DNA of 63,371 nt, filler included, from Licmophora abbreviata (Eukaryota), in assembly GCA_900291995.1 (NCBI GenBank). It is 7 parts of 7 records of this genome, joined end to end, with 100 filler letters (N's around TTAATTAATTAA, not from the genome) between each part and the next. Parts side by side here need not be neighbours in the genome. Positions count along the whole stretch, not along the records: positions 1 to 2,616 come from OLMU01003216.1; positions 2,717 to 20,397 come from OLMU01003217.1; 5 more parts are not named here. One strand, 5' to 3'. Both the position numbers and the translations under genes were made by a program. The notes beneath the pieces were generated by a model that saw only the letters and a list, made by a program, of their open reading frames with translations, was not told the DNA's origin and made no database searches. This document shows positions 1 to 10,555 of this stretch, one piece after another. Positions within the stretch are counted from its first letter, which is position 1. The number at the start of each line of letters is the position of its first letter.

Positions 1-116
1 GAATTTCGGGCGTGGGCCTTGCGAGCACTGTTTGGTGTCGGACAAAACGAGCTAGCGCAGCCTATCATGGCTAAGACGAGCCAGCTAGCTCTACTGTATT
101 GCCGCATTGTCGTCAT
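1..116 (-). CDS. 5' end of a probable plastid-targeted protein, running off the window edge
   Basis: ATG at 116 gives MTTMRQYSRASWLVLAMIGCASS-FCPTPNSARKAHARN, open to position 1. This reads as a signal peptide plus ASAFAP-like motif. Confidence 0.55.
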   Translation of the reverse strand, partial: MTTMRQYSRASWLVLAMIGCASSFCPTPNSARKAHARN

Positions 117-433
117 GGCGCTCAATACATACGAAGTCGTGTGCAAAATGAAATGGATTTGATCAAAGCTTCGAAAGATCGCGAGTGGTTCCTGCGAACT
201 TAGAAAAGGTATGATAGATTGAGTGATGGCGCGCCTCAAAGCTTGACGCGCTTGCCGTTTTGGCGACGCTCGCTTTTAGTTCAGTCGCTGAAAGAGGAAA
301 GAGACCTAACGGGCACGGAATGAGGAATCCGTGTTCTACAAAACATTATGGTACAGCATCATCATGACATCATCAACGAGAGGACAGACACTTTCAACTT
401 CGAACATCCCCCACGCCACACCTTGACAGCACC

Positions 434-1957
434 ATGACAGTCGGCAGTTGGCACGCCTTGGACGGAGGTGAAGAAGAACGATCCGCCTCACATGGACTCT
501 ACATGACTGCAAGTGACGACAAGTCTGAGCTGAAGATGTCAGGATCAATACGAAAGCTACCACGTGGATCATACGCTCTCATGGTGCATCGGCAGTATGT
601 CGACCGCACGCGGGATTCTCTGCTTGGTATTGAGCCTCTTTGGACGGTCGTCGAGAGAACAAAGTGTACGGAGAACTTGGAGCATGATACTCAAGAGAAT
701 AGTCAGGATGCAGCGAGTGAAATGGACGACCGTTGTCAAATGCTGGACTCTCAGGTGGTGCACGGCCCTGGAAAAGACAGACGGGGGTATATATTGATCC
801 TAGTGAGAGGAATCGCATCACCACGTCGGGTACTGGGGCTTCACCCAATGGCTCGACAGAACATCCCGTGGTGTTCGCCAATCACGCATCAGATAGCTGG
901 AGATAACATCCGCGTTTCACTTGGAGCGACTCTTCTCGAAGCATTGATAAGTGAAGCTGGCTTTCATCTAGACCGGGATGCATTACGAGTCGACACGTTC
1001 CCTCGAGAGAAAAGTGAACAGACTTGCTTATCTATTCAAGAGGCTGCCTTCGCAATGACGGGTGTTGGTCGCGATTTTGGATGCTATGAAGGCCCCGTGA
1101 CAATGACGAAGTCTAACTCGCGATGCAGTCATCGGCTGACTGTGATTTTCGGTGCACGCGAAGGACAACAGTCAGTGACAATGTGGGGAGTGTCAGTTCG
1201 GTCTTCGAAAGATGTGAACTGTCTGCATGTTGCCCTCAACTGTGAAGCGAATGACGAAATCAAGCTGTTCCCTACTGACCCGCAAACGGGAGTTGATTTG
1301 CCAACCAGTCGACCAATGCCAAAAGAAGCCCCTGTTTCCCGTGCATACTTCAAATTAAAGCAAGTGTGGGACGATTTGTCGAACAGGGAGCCCGAATTAT
1401 GTAAGCAGCTTGCTGCAGGAGTTGGCTTGGACCTCGGCTCCGCCCCTGGCGGATGGACTCAGGTACTCTGTCATTGTGTCGGTATGCAGCAAGTGATATC
1501 CATCGACGGGGGTGTCCTTGCCAAGCGCGTCGACCAACTGCCGCAAGTCACGCATATCCAAAGAGATCTTGCTTCAATGGACGCTGCCCTCGACATTGCC
1601 CGTATCGTTCACGAAGATCGCCAGCTGTCCGTTCTGGTATGCGATGCGTCCATTGTTGCATACGAGCTATTGGACAAGATCACTGTCCTGATTCAGCAGC
1701 TTCCTCGAAAGCATATGTTTGGCACTCCCTGCGTTCTTATCTTTACACTCAAACTTCCTCACAAGCGGAAGAACAGCATTCGACAGCAAATAAGACGAGC
1801 GCAAGAGGCAGTTCCGCGTCAACTATCACATATCGCATCGGTCATGTACGATGAGAGCCAACCGATTCAGGTTCGATATCAGGTGTTACATCTGATGGCA
1901 AACTCCTTGTCGGAACGAACTTTTCTTGTCGTATTTGAAAATGATCTAACGCGCTAG
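434..1957 (+). CDS. FtsJ/RlmM-like SAM-dependent RNA 2'-O-methyltransferase
   Basis: 507-aa ORF with SRAYFKL, SAM-binding GLDLGSAPGGWT, LVCD, FTLKL and ERT, matching the K-D-K-E tetrad of the RrmJ fold. Confidence 0.8.
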   Translation: MTVGSWHALDGGEEERSASHGLYMTASDDKSELKMSGSIRKLPRGSYALMVHRQYVDRTRDSLLGIEPLWTVVERTKCTENLEHDTQENSQDAASEMDDRCQMLDSQVVHGPGKDRRGYILILVRGIASPRRVLGLHPMARQNIPWCSPITHQIAGDNIRVSLGATLLEALISEAGFHLDRDALRVDTFPREKSEQTCLSIQEAAFAMTGVGRDFGCYEGPVTMTKSNSRCSHRLTVIFGAREGQQSVTMWGVSVRSSKDVNCLHVALNCEANDEIKLFPTDPQTGVDLPTSRPMPKEAPVSRAYFKLKQVWDDLSNREPELCKQLAAGVGLDLGSAPGGWTQVLCHCVGMQQVISIDGGVLAKRVDQLPQVTHIQRDLASMDAALDIARIVHEDRQLSVLVCDASIVAYELLDKITVLIQQLPRKHMFGTPCVLIFTLKLPHKRKNSIRQQIRRAQEAVPRQLSHIASVMYDESQPIQVRYQVLHLMANSLSERTFLVVFENDLTR

Positions 1958-2063
1958 CACATGCTCCGACCACGGCCCTAGTTACAGTGAACTTCACTGT
2001 AGTTGTTTCAGTTTGCAAAAGCTAAACATAAGTCAACATATATGCGCGACAAAGCGTCGTCGA

Positions 2064-2213
2064 GCCTACTTGTATCTATAGCTTCTTCTCGGTTATCAGC
2101 TTCTCTTGCAGCTCCGCCAAAAGTCGAAGCACGAGATATGCCTACTTGTATCTATAGCGTCTTCTCGGTGGTCAGCTTCTCTTGCAGTTCCACCAAAAGT
2201 CGAAGCACGAGAT
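2064..2213. repeat. Tandem direct duplication of 74 bp (period 76) covering the Maf 3' end
   Basis: 2064-2137 and 2140-2213 differ at 5 positions. Confidence 0.9.
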
Positions 2214-3200
2214 CCTTGCTGAGTCCCATCACACTGTCTTCCGTTCCATCAATGTGATCCAGGTGCTCCTGGACTAAGGCATGCTCGACCATTAGTCCGC
2301 CGGCGCAGGACAGCACTGGTGCGTCGTCCTCTATCAATAAGTCAATCAAGTCCTTTCTCTCCTCGTTAACGTCGGCGATAGACGGTCGGAAGACAATGGT
2401 AGCAGTGTCCACGCCCGATACTTGTGTGCCGCTAGGAAAATGAGTCAGGACGACTGCGCCAACGGTCGTTGGTGGACTATTCGCATATCGCTTGACGAAG
2501 TCCTTGGCCTGTGACATGTCCACTGGCTTTTCTAGAATATCGCCATTGTGTGTCACAACTTGATCTCCCGTCAAGACTATCCACCCCTCCGCCGAAGTAC
2601 CTTTGGGCAAGTCAGANNNNNNNNNNNNNNNNNNNNNNNNNNNNNNNNNNNNNNNNNNNNTTAATTAATTAANNNNNNNNNNNNNNNNNNNNNNNNNNNN
2701 NNNNNNNNNNNNNNNNCCCTCCCACTGAGCATTTCCGATACCAAATGGTCGCACTTGGCCTTGGCCAATTTCAGAACAAGATCCGCTGGCGCATCGTTGA
2801 GGCGATCGCCTAAACTTTTCTCGTCAATCGACCTCACCAACAGATGAAAGTCGATTCCCATTTCCTTTAGAATAAGCTTGCGTGTAAACGACCCACTCCC
2901 GAGAATCATGGGCCGGGGCAGGCCGAGCGTCTCCAAAGGGTCTTGTAACAATGGTTCATCTACCGTGTTCTTGATTTTGTCCTCACCCGATGAGGATAGC
3001 GACATCCTACAAGGAGATTTATTCCGCCGCGGGGCTTCCAGAGTGCAGCGTCGACTGCTGAACCGCTTGGGTTCGCTGATGATGAAGCCCAAGTTAGATC
3101 GACAACGTCGCGAGTGATTTCGTGCCGTCGTCAGTGCAAGACAGCTAAACGCCATCAAACGAAAGAGAGAAATCGTTCTCGAGGAAGACGAACCTACCAT
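2152..3200 (-). CDS. Maf-family nucleoside triphosphate pyrophosphatase, split by an assembly gap
   Basis: ILGSGSFTRKLIL, IDEKSLG and LAKAK before the gap; GDQVV..GDILEKP, SCAGGL and DSVMGL after it. Start codon uncertain. Confidence 0.85.
2617..2716. other. Artificial scaffold linker (N44-TTAATTAATTAA-N44)
   Basis: Identical 100-nt linkers at 20398-20497, 26297-26396, 38351-38450, 48696-48795 and 52795-52894. The core has stops in all six frames. Confidence 0.97.
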
Positions 3201-3582
3201 TGAGAAGCTCTTAGTGAAAGAGAAGTATTGCTTGAGCGGATGTCGCCATGGTCGCGAACGAGGCGGCAGTGTCGTCTTCAACAGTGTGGAGCTCAACGAA
3301 AATCCACGGGAAAAAGGCGCGCCACAAGGTATGCTAGCTTTAGCGCTGAATCAATCGAATCAACATATCCGCCCCAGCGGCCAATGTAATCGATTCTATT
3401 TGTAATAGCCCCTGAGACCATTCCGCCGCGCGGTTGTCGCACCAAAAATGAAACGACATCAAGCACATCGTCGCATCACTGCAAACATTGATTGCCACGA
3501 AGCCACAACTGTACATGGCGAAGGACTGTGTTCCCTCTTCCTTTCCTTTTCTGCCTTCTTTTGAATCTGCTGAAAAAAGGCC

Positions 3583-4981
3583 ATGAGTGAGAACGACAAG
3601 ATTCATGCTGCTAGCTTTTATGGAGAATATCATGGCCACAAAGTAGGGCATCTTCACACATTGCTGCCTCATCTGCGGGCAAACTCGGATGCGCTGATTT
3701 GGACCGCCGGTGACTCGTCTCTCGATAACAAATATTGGTGCGTCCTCTCGACATGATTATCCAGTGTACTATATCTTCTAGTCAAAGCTGACGACTCTTT
3801 GACCTGTGTGTGATACAGGATATCCGACCAGAGGCAGGCTGTGGGCGGGTACGGAACAATCCTCGATCCACCGGTGTCCGAATGCGACGTTACTTTCTGG
3901 ATGAACTATCTATTGCAAGCTGATCGGATCGAAGGACGAAAATTGGCCGCTATTAACACCGCAGGTAACAAAAGATTGAATTGAATCTCTTCACCCCATG
4001 TCGGAAGACACAGCCTTACGACGCATGCGTTTGTACCCATTGGCTCTATGCTTTCCGATCGTAGTTGAGGCGACCACATTAAACGAAAGGACATTCAGGT
4101 TTCGGCCACAGGATAGATTCATTATGGAAAATATTGGAATTGATGATATCTTGGTTGTGTCTGCTGGCGGAAACGATGTTGCCCTGCTGCCTTTGCCGTG
4201 TACGATACTCTCCATTTTCGGTCTGCTGTGTCTTCCGTCCACGTGTCTCGAAAATGGCGTATCATGTGGTACTGTTCCCGCAGACGACTGTTGCTGCGGG
4301 TGTGGCCCGTCGTGTCTTTCCTGCGCATGTGCCTATCCGCCATGTCTTGGGTACATGCGCCATCTCTTTGGAACTCGGTGAGCGGCTCTGGCTGTTGGCA
4401 TGACGACGACGCGTGTTTCAAAATAGAATGCTCCCAGATGAACTAACGACTGTCCGCTCCATATGTATGCTTATAATCAGAGTGCAAAAGTATATTGAAG
4501 CATTGACAAGTAAGACAAAGCCACGGAAGATTCTAGTGTGTATGATTTACTATCCAGACGAAGCCTTGACACCGTCTTGGGCAGGCGCCGCCTTGGGAGC
4601 GCTCGGGTATAACTCTAATCCAGCGAAGGTACAGGTGCTGATCCGAAAAGCGTTTGAAGAAGCTATAAGGTAAGGTCTCGCAAATGGAAAGAGCATCTTT
4701 TCACGTTGATGGGTGCAGAAAGGGGTGTCTCACCCCTCGCTTGCTTCGAAATGAATCTTTGCAGCACCATTCGTATTCAAGGGTCGGAAGTTGTTCCCGT
4801 CCCACTATTCAACTGTTTGGATGGAAAGAGAAGTGAGGACTATGTTGCACGCGTGGAACCATCCTCTATCGGGGGACGAAAGATGGCAGAATATCTTCTT
4901 CATATGATCGATCGTTCGACCGCAGATGGCAGTGGCGTGCATCCCTCTGCTCCCTCCACGGCATTCATCTCCCAACGATGA
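3583..4981 (+). CDS. SGNH/GDSL-like hydrolase, 5 exons
   Basis: Spliced model from ATG 3583 with four GT-AG introns (first 3738-3818). Motifs AGDSSLDNKYW (block I), SAGGNDVAL (block III) and DYVARVEPSSIGGRKMA (block V-like). Confidence 0.7.
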
Positions 4982-5245
4982 TATTCATTGTATTCCTCGT
5001 GTGGTCTGCATTGCTCGTTGCGAAATGTCTCGTGAATTCGACGCGTCGTCGACGTCAGAGTATGTGCCGTGAGAGCGAGTGTTGCTATCAACGGCAAGGA
5101 TTCAGTCAAGATCGGCTTTACGAGGGTGTGGAAAAGCGACGCCCGGTTGCAGGGCAGAGAGCGAAAGTCGATATGCATTCGTAGAGCTCTCAGAGCTAAA
5201 AGTTGAAGCTATGTGCACTATGTGCGTTAGGGTAGCTGCAGTTTC

Positions 5246-6412
5246 TTATACGTGCCGAAAGTAGCACGTGCTCCACGAACTAGTTCTCCAGCTATCGACG
5301 TGCTTCTCTTCGACGACGGCGATCTCGCCAAATCTTGCCAAGTAAAGTAAGCTGTGCATGTCTGTCCATTCCTTGAGGTTGTCGAACTGTTTCGATGCCC
5401 ATCCCAAGAGCTTCGCCACCCGTGTCCATTCAGCTGGCGATGCATGTACACTGCATGGTAAACCGTTCTGTGGCTCTACTTGTCGTAGCCAATCGTCTGG
5501 GCCCCCCGTGACCATCCCACAGTATACTGTGAACTTGTCTGGAGGACTACGCTGTGACTCTAGGGCCGTGTGACTTGGTCTTGTGTCAAGATCTACCATC
5601 ATACCACCCTGGGCGGCCGCGACTGCCAAGTACCGTAAATAGCAATCGCGCAGCTCAGGCTTGCGCCGCCGGGGCCCAGACGATAGTAAATAGTCAATTG
5701 CGTCTGCATACTCTTCAAAGTCTGGATGTTTCTTTGCGTCATCCATGGTCAGTACACGCGCATTGTAGCCCTGAGAGCTCCAAGCCAGTACCCACTCCTG
5801 AATCAACCGAGAATCTCCATCTGGAATCGTACCTGAGCCACTGGGATCATGATAGAACGAAAAAATCGGTACTGGTGTCTCTACTTCTCGCTCCTGTCTT
5901 TCCCGTGAAACTACCTCTTGCAAGTGTATTTCTAGTGACCTGCCGTCCTGTATGTCATCTGCGATTACCGGTGACGATGGTGTTGCGATATTCTTCACCT
6001 CGCGTCCCCGATTCCCATCCGGGCTGTTACTCCCATGATGGAAAGCAGACACCAATGGGCCAACTCGAGCCTCTCCCTTTCGGAAGAAACGTTTATGTTG
6101 ATGAATTTCGATATGAGAAGCGTAACTCGGCGACGGCGAACGAAGAAGACTGAGCACGCAACACAGAACCAGGAACGAGATTGCGATTGGAACGAACGCG
6201 CGGCATCTTCTTGAACTGTTGGTTTCACCGCAAATCCATCGAAATTCTTCCAATTCTACCATTGCTCCATAATTTGAAGGTCGTCCTAGTGTTTGTAGGA
6301 GCGATGTGGTCGTGTGCCACCATTGTCGTTCGTTTTCCTCGTGGGTCATGGTTGCTAGTGAAAAGTGCGAAAAAGTGAGGACATTCTCATCACGCTGGTC
6401 ATTCCGTGACAT
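5246..6412 (-). CDS. Type II membrane protein, putative DxD glycosyltransferase (GT32/OCH1-like)
   Basis: Single TM (FVPIAISFLVLCCVLSLL), a stem region, then YLRYLAVAAAQGGMMVDLD. Start may be 6349. Confidence 0.55.
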   Translation of the reverse strand: MSRNDQRDENVLTFSHFSLATMTHEENERQWWHTTTSLLQTLGRPSNYGAMVELEEFRWICGETNSSRRCRAFVPIAISFLVLCCVLSLLRSPSPSYASHIEIHQHKRFFRKGEARVGPLVSAFHHGSNSPDGNRGREVKNIATPSSPVIADDIQDGRSLEIHLQEVVSRERQEREVETPVPIFSFYHDPSGSGTIPDGDSRLIQEWVLAWSSQGYNARVLTMDDAKKHPDFEEYADAIDYLLSSGPRRRKPELRDCYLRYLAVAAAQGGMMVDLDTRPSHTALESQRSPPDKFTVYCGMVTGGPDDWLRQVEPQNGLPCSVHASPAEWTRVAKLLGWASKQFDNLKEWTDMHSLLYLARFGEIAVVEEKHVDSWRTSSWSTCYFRHV

Positions 6413-6574
6413 AAGGATGGATTGACATTTTACATTGGCAGGTCATTTTTGATCGTGACCGATTCATTGATTGATTCGACCACACTCGGGAGACGGCGGA
6501 TCTGGGGCCAGTGTCTACTCTTAGCCACGCTAGGAGCGCTTATTGTAGAAGCAGACAGTAAAATAAGCGTGCAA

Positions 6575-7408
6575 CTAGTCAAACACTCCGTCAGATACGC
6601 CCAGCAAGTCGTTCTGGGCAGCGTCACGAAGTAAACCTAGGTCGACGGCACCGCACACCAAGCTGTAGCCGGACCTACCAAACATTTCCACCAAATCTCT
6701 TCCTGGTGGTCGAAAGCCTCCAAGCATGCAAGAACTCTCTCGCACACGGTGCTCAGCTGCTTCCAACAATTCACGAACTTCCTTGTCATTGAAGTTGCCC
6801 ATCTTGCCCATGCTTGCTGATAGGTCGACTGGACCAAGAAAGATCATATCAATGCCGTCCACTGCCGCTATGCCCTCAATGTTTTCTAAACCTTTGGCCG
6901 TTTCAACCTGTACCATGACCAGCAGGTCTTCATTGCACTTCTGCATATATATCTCGCTATTGGTCGAAGCATTGGTGTGCCATCTGGTGCCCCATCCGCT
7001 TGCTCGAACAAAAGGTACGGCGCAGCCACGGATTCCGCCCGACTTATTTTCATCCTCCCATTGCTGCCGAGGATATCTTGTGGATTGTACGACCGCAACA
7101 GCCGTCTCTGCATCTTCCACCATGGGGACCAAGACACCCCCAGGAAGTGGGAGAGTGTCGAGCACTTTCTTCATGTACACGGCGTCGTGAGCCGGAAGGC
7201 GGACTATTGGTTCCGTCGTTGTCCCAGCTGCCGCAATAGCTTGAAGCATGACCTGTCCACTTCTCACATCAGTGACAGAGTGCTCATGATCGACAATGAT
7301 GTGCCCGTAACCGAGACCAGCCATCATTTCTGCCACAATTGGTGAATCGGACATCAACATAGCTCCGTACGTTTTTCCATTTTGCAACAAATGCTGACGA
7401 AGGCTCAT
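6575..7408 (-). CDS. HpcH/HpaI class II aldolase family protein
   Basis: IVDHEHS, PIVRLP, VLVPMVE, MVQVET, DMIFLGPVDLSASMG. Confidence 0.88.
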   Translation of the reverse strand: MSLRQHLLQNGKTYGAMLMSDSPIVAEMMAGLGYGHIIVDHEHSVTDVRSGQVMLQAIAAAGTTTEPIVRLPAHDAVYMKKVLDTLPLPGGVLVPMVEDAETAVAVVQSTRYPRQQWEDENKSGGIRGCAVPFVRASGWGTRWHTNASTNSEIYMQKCNEDLLVMVQVETAKGLENIEGIAAVDGIDMIFLGPVDLSASMGKMGNFNDKEVRELLEAAEHRVRESSCMLGGFRPPGRDLVEMFGRSGYSLVCGAVDLGLLRDAAQNDLLGVSDGVFD

Positions 7409-7775
7409 CACAACAAGCAACAGTAGTAGCATAGGCTAATCTCTCGAGATCTTTGGCGAGGTTGAAGTCGACCTCAAGACCCAAAAGACATAAGACACCA
7501 ACACAACTCTCTCGTCTCTCTCTCGACAGTCACATCGCGTCGGCGCCGCGGCGCTCATTGTCCGACTCGACTCACTCACTCACTCGATTGATTGATTCCA
7601 TTCGTCACGCCGGACGCGCTAAAAAGTCAACGAAACTGCGCGATCTACCATTCTATTTACTATTTACCGCTTACTAACCTTGCTGAAATTCCAGATTCTA
7701 TCAACTTGTGCGGCTGATGCTTGTCGATCACAGCCAATCCATCGCACCAGTCTACGAGAAGGCGACGTTTATACC

Positions 7776-8417
7776 ATGAGTGACGGAGCCGTTGTCGTGA
7801 AGACACGCAAATTCAAGCGCAACCCGCTGCTTGCGCGGAAGCAGGTGTGTATTCTTGGAACTTGATTCGAGGAGAAACGATAAAGAAGCGACAAATATAC
7901 CCGCAATGGCGACGGCCATGGCACTGACCCCATAACCTGCTGCTCGTTGTGTACCGTGAAAGCAACATCGTTCAGGTGGAGAAACGATTGTCGGTGTGCC
8001 ATCTGCAACAGAATCGATATATTACTCACTTTGCTTTGGCTCCTTGTTTCTTCGACTGTTTGCGATCGATAGATGATTGTTGACATTATCCACCCGGGCC
8101 GGGCGAATGTTCCGAAGTCTGAGCTTCAGGAGGTTGTCGGAGGCATGTACAAGGCTGACCCAAAGTTGACGACTCTTTTTGGGTTCCGAACTAAGTTTGG
8201 CGGCGGAAAGTCGACTGGTTTCTGTTTGATTTATGATACGGAGGAAGCTATGCGCAAGTTCGAGCCAAAGCATCGACTTGTTCGTAACGGATTCGAGGAG
8301 CGGGTCGAAAAGTCTCGCAAGGCTATCAAGGAGGCCAAGAATAAGGGTAAGAAGATCAGAGGTACGGGAGCATCCATTGCGAAGCACAAGGCGAAGCGTG
8401 CTGCCGGAAGCGAGTAA
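7776..8417 (+). CDS. RPS24: 40S ribosomal protein S24 (eS24), 2 exons (7776-7844, 8073-8417)
   Basis: [30 protein letters not shown]...[15 protein letters not shown]...[13 protein letters not shown] intron 7845-8072. Confidence 0.96.
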
Positions 8418-9074
8418 TGGGCGCCGTCCGGGCCTTGTAGCGACCAAGCTTCGACCGCTTTTTTTTACCCGTAGTGTAGACTCCTTGACTCGTTGTAGTT
8501 TTGGATATTCCTCTACCGGTGCTGGTGTGCTTCGACAATAGTATCTCCACTGCGTTCAGATGATACTGTGACAAGAGCTACGTGGAACGTCTCGTTATTG
8601 GTAGTATGTGCAACACTACGATCGTTGGCGGATGAACTCTACCTGGTAGTAGGGCAATATTAGTATAGTATAGACCCGAGAGCTCTCTACAAGCGCATAA
8701 TCAATGTACCCTTACTTACAGTACTTCATTGTTCTTTAGCCTTTTCTCGGTAAGACACCTACAATAATACTTACCGATCAACCAAACCTAAGTATCATGC
8801 CCGGTCCTTGGAAATTGCAGCTTCAAGGGAGAGCGGCAAATAGATTGAGCAATGTTTCCAGTGGAGATTCCTTGGGAACACGCTCCACTTACATCTGCGA
8901 AGGAACTTCAAAAAAGGATATTGACGTGTCTTCTCGCTTTCCACCGCGAAAGGACGCGCGTGCGCACCGCGTTGACTTTTTGTGTTTGTGTGATGGCGGG
9001 ATGAGCGACATCGGCGGTGACAGCGCGTATCTTTCATTCGATAGGGTCTTGATCCCTGAGACAATCGCTCTACC

Positions 9075-10394
9075 ATGTCAACAGTCACTCGTTTCCTCAC
9101 GGCCTCTACCTCGGTCACAAGGTACATCGCTGCTTCGGCTCGAGTCGGATCGCTTCGGTCGTTGTCCGTGGCACCGAGCCATCTAGACGCTCATACTACG
9201 GACGTCGTCGTCGACAAGTACTCTGCCACGCCGCCCCCCAAGCAGGATCCGAGCGCTCGACTCCCAAACGACGTTCACGAGCGCAACGCTATCTACTCAG
9301 AGGAGGATTCTCGCACTATGGGTGGCGTCACCGCGACCGTGCGACATGACTGGACGAAGCAGGAAATTGCTGACATCTACTCGCTTCCGTTCTTTGAACT
9401 CATGTACCGAGCCTCCACTGTCCACCGCATGTATTGGGATCCCTCGGAAGTCCAGCAGTGTACTCTTCTCTCTATCAAAACGGGTGGCTGCACGGAGGAT
9501 TGCTCCTACTGCTCCCAGTCTACTCGCTACAAGACATTCGTCAAGCCGACTCCAACTATGAAGGTGCAGGAAGTGCTCGAGGCTGCGCGTCGTGCTAAAG
9601 ATGCAGGGTCCACTCGCTTCTGCATGGGTGCTGCCTGGAGGGAACTCGGAAACAAGAAAAATGCCTTCAATCACATCGTGGAGATGGTGCGAGGAGTGAA
9701 TGGCATGGGTCTCGAAGTGTGCTGCACTCTCGGCATGCTTAACGCCGATCAGGCAAAGCAACTCAAGGAAGCTGGCCTCACAGCCTACAACCACAACCTG
9801 GATACCAGCCCGGAGCACTACCCCAACGTGATTTCCACTCGATCTTATCAAGAGCGTCTCGATACGATTGCGAATGTTCGTGACGCGGGAATCAGTGTGT
9901 GCTGCGGTGGTATCCTCGGTCTCGGCGAACAGGATTCGGATCGAGTCGGTCTTCTCCATGTTCTTGCGACACTTCCGGAACATCCTGAATCCGTCCCAAT
10001 CAACGCCCTCGTTTCTGTGGAGGGGACGCCTCTCGGAGATCGAGAGGATGCTGACATTGATCGAGTCGACGCGTTCGACATGGCAAGGATGATTGCGACA
10101 GCTCGGGTGGTCATGCCCCGCACCATGGTGCGTCTGTCGGCTGGACGGTTGTCGTTCAGCGATGCAGAGCAGTTTTTGATGTTCCAGGCGGGTGCCAACT
10201 CTATCTTTAATGGCGACAAGCTCCTCACCACCGCGAACCCTGAGTTCGACGCGGACCAGGCACTGTTTGACAAGCTCGGCTTCAACGGAAAGCCAGCTCA
10301 CAAGGGTCCGCTCGTCGCTCCCGCCGAGGCTGACGGCATGGTGCACATTACCAAAGTACAAGGTACTTCCCAGCCTCAACAGCAGTTTGCGTAA
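9075..10394 (+). CDS. bioB: Biotin synthase (radical SAM), probably mitochondrial
   Basis: SIKTGGCTEDCSYCSQS (CxxxCxxC), YNHNLDTS, PESVPINAL, VRLSAGR and GANSIFNGDKLLTT. Arg/Ser/Thr-rich N-terminal presequence. Confidence 0.96.
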   Translation: MSTVTRFLTASTSVTRYIAASARVGSLRSLSVAPSHLDAHTTDVVVDKYSATPPPKQDPSARLPNDVHERNAIYSEEDSRTMGGVTATVRHDWTKQEIADIYSLPFFELMYRASTVHRMYWDPSEVQQCTLLSIKTGGCTEDCSYCSQSTRYKTFVKPTPTMKVQEVLEAARRAKDAGSTRFCMGAAWRELGNKKNAFNHIVEMVRGVNGMGLEVCCTLGMLNADQAKQLKEAGLTAYNHNLDTSPEHYPNVISTRSYQERLDTIANVRDAGISVCCGGILGLGEQDSDRVGLLHVLATLPEHPESVPINALVSVEGTPLGDREDADIDRVDAFDMARMIATARVVMPRTMVRLSAGRLSFSDAEQFLMFQAGANSIFNGDKLLTTANPEFDADQALFDKLGFNGKPAHKGPLVAPAEADGMVHITKVQGTSQPQQQFA

Positions 10395-10555
10395 TACGGG
10401 ACGATGGGAGGTGGGTGGCAATACGTGGCAACATGGAAGAAGCGATCCTTTATTGTCCGGACGTTTAGGATAGCAAAGTTCGATTGCTAAATTAGAGAAA
10501 GCAATGAGAGAACTTTATGGTGTCCAGCTGCTCAGCTCGAGTCCAGTCTTTACTC

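Noticed and set aside
2661..2672. Palindromic TTAATTAATTAA recurring six times, resembling a mobile-element target or repeat
   Set aside because: Always centred in N44 runs, so it is an artificial six-frame-stop scaffold linker.
9297..10421. 374-aa antisense ORF over bioB, and similar shadow ORFs over RFC3, RPN1 and other genes
   Set aside because: Antisense shadows of codon-biased real genes, with no recognisable motifs.
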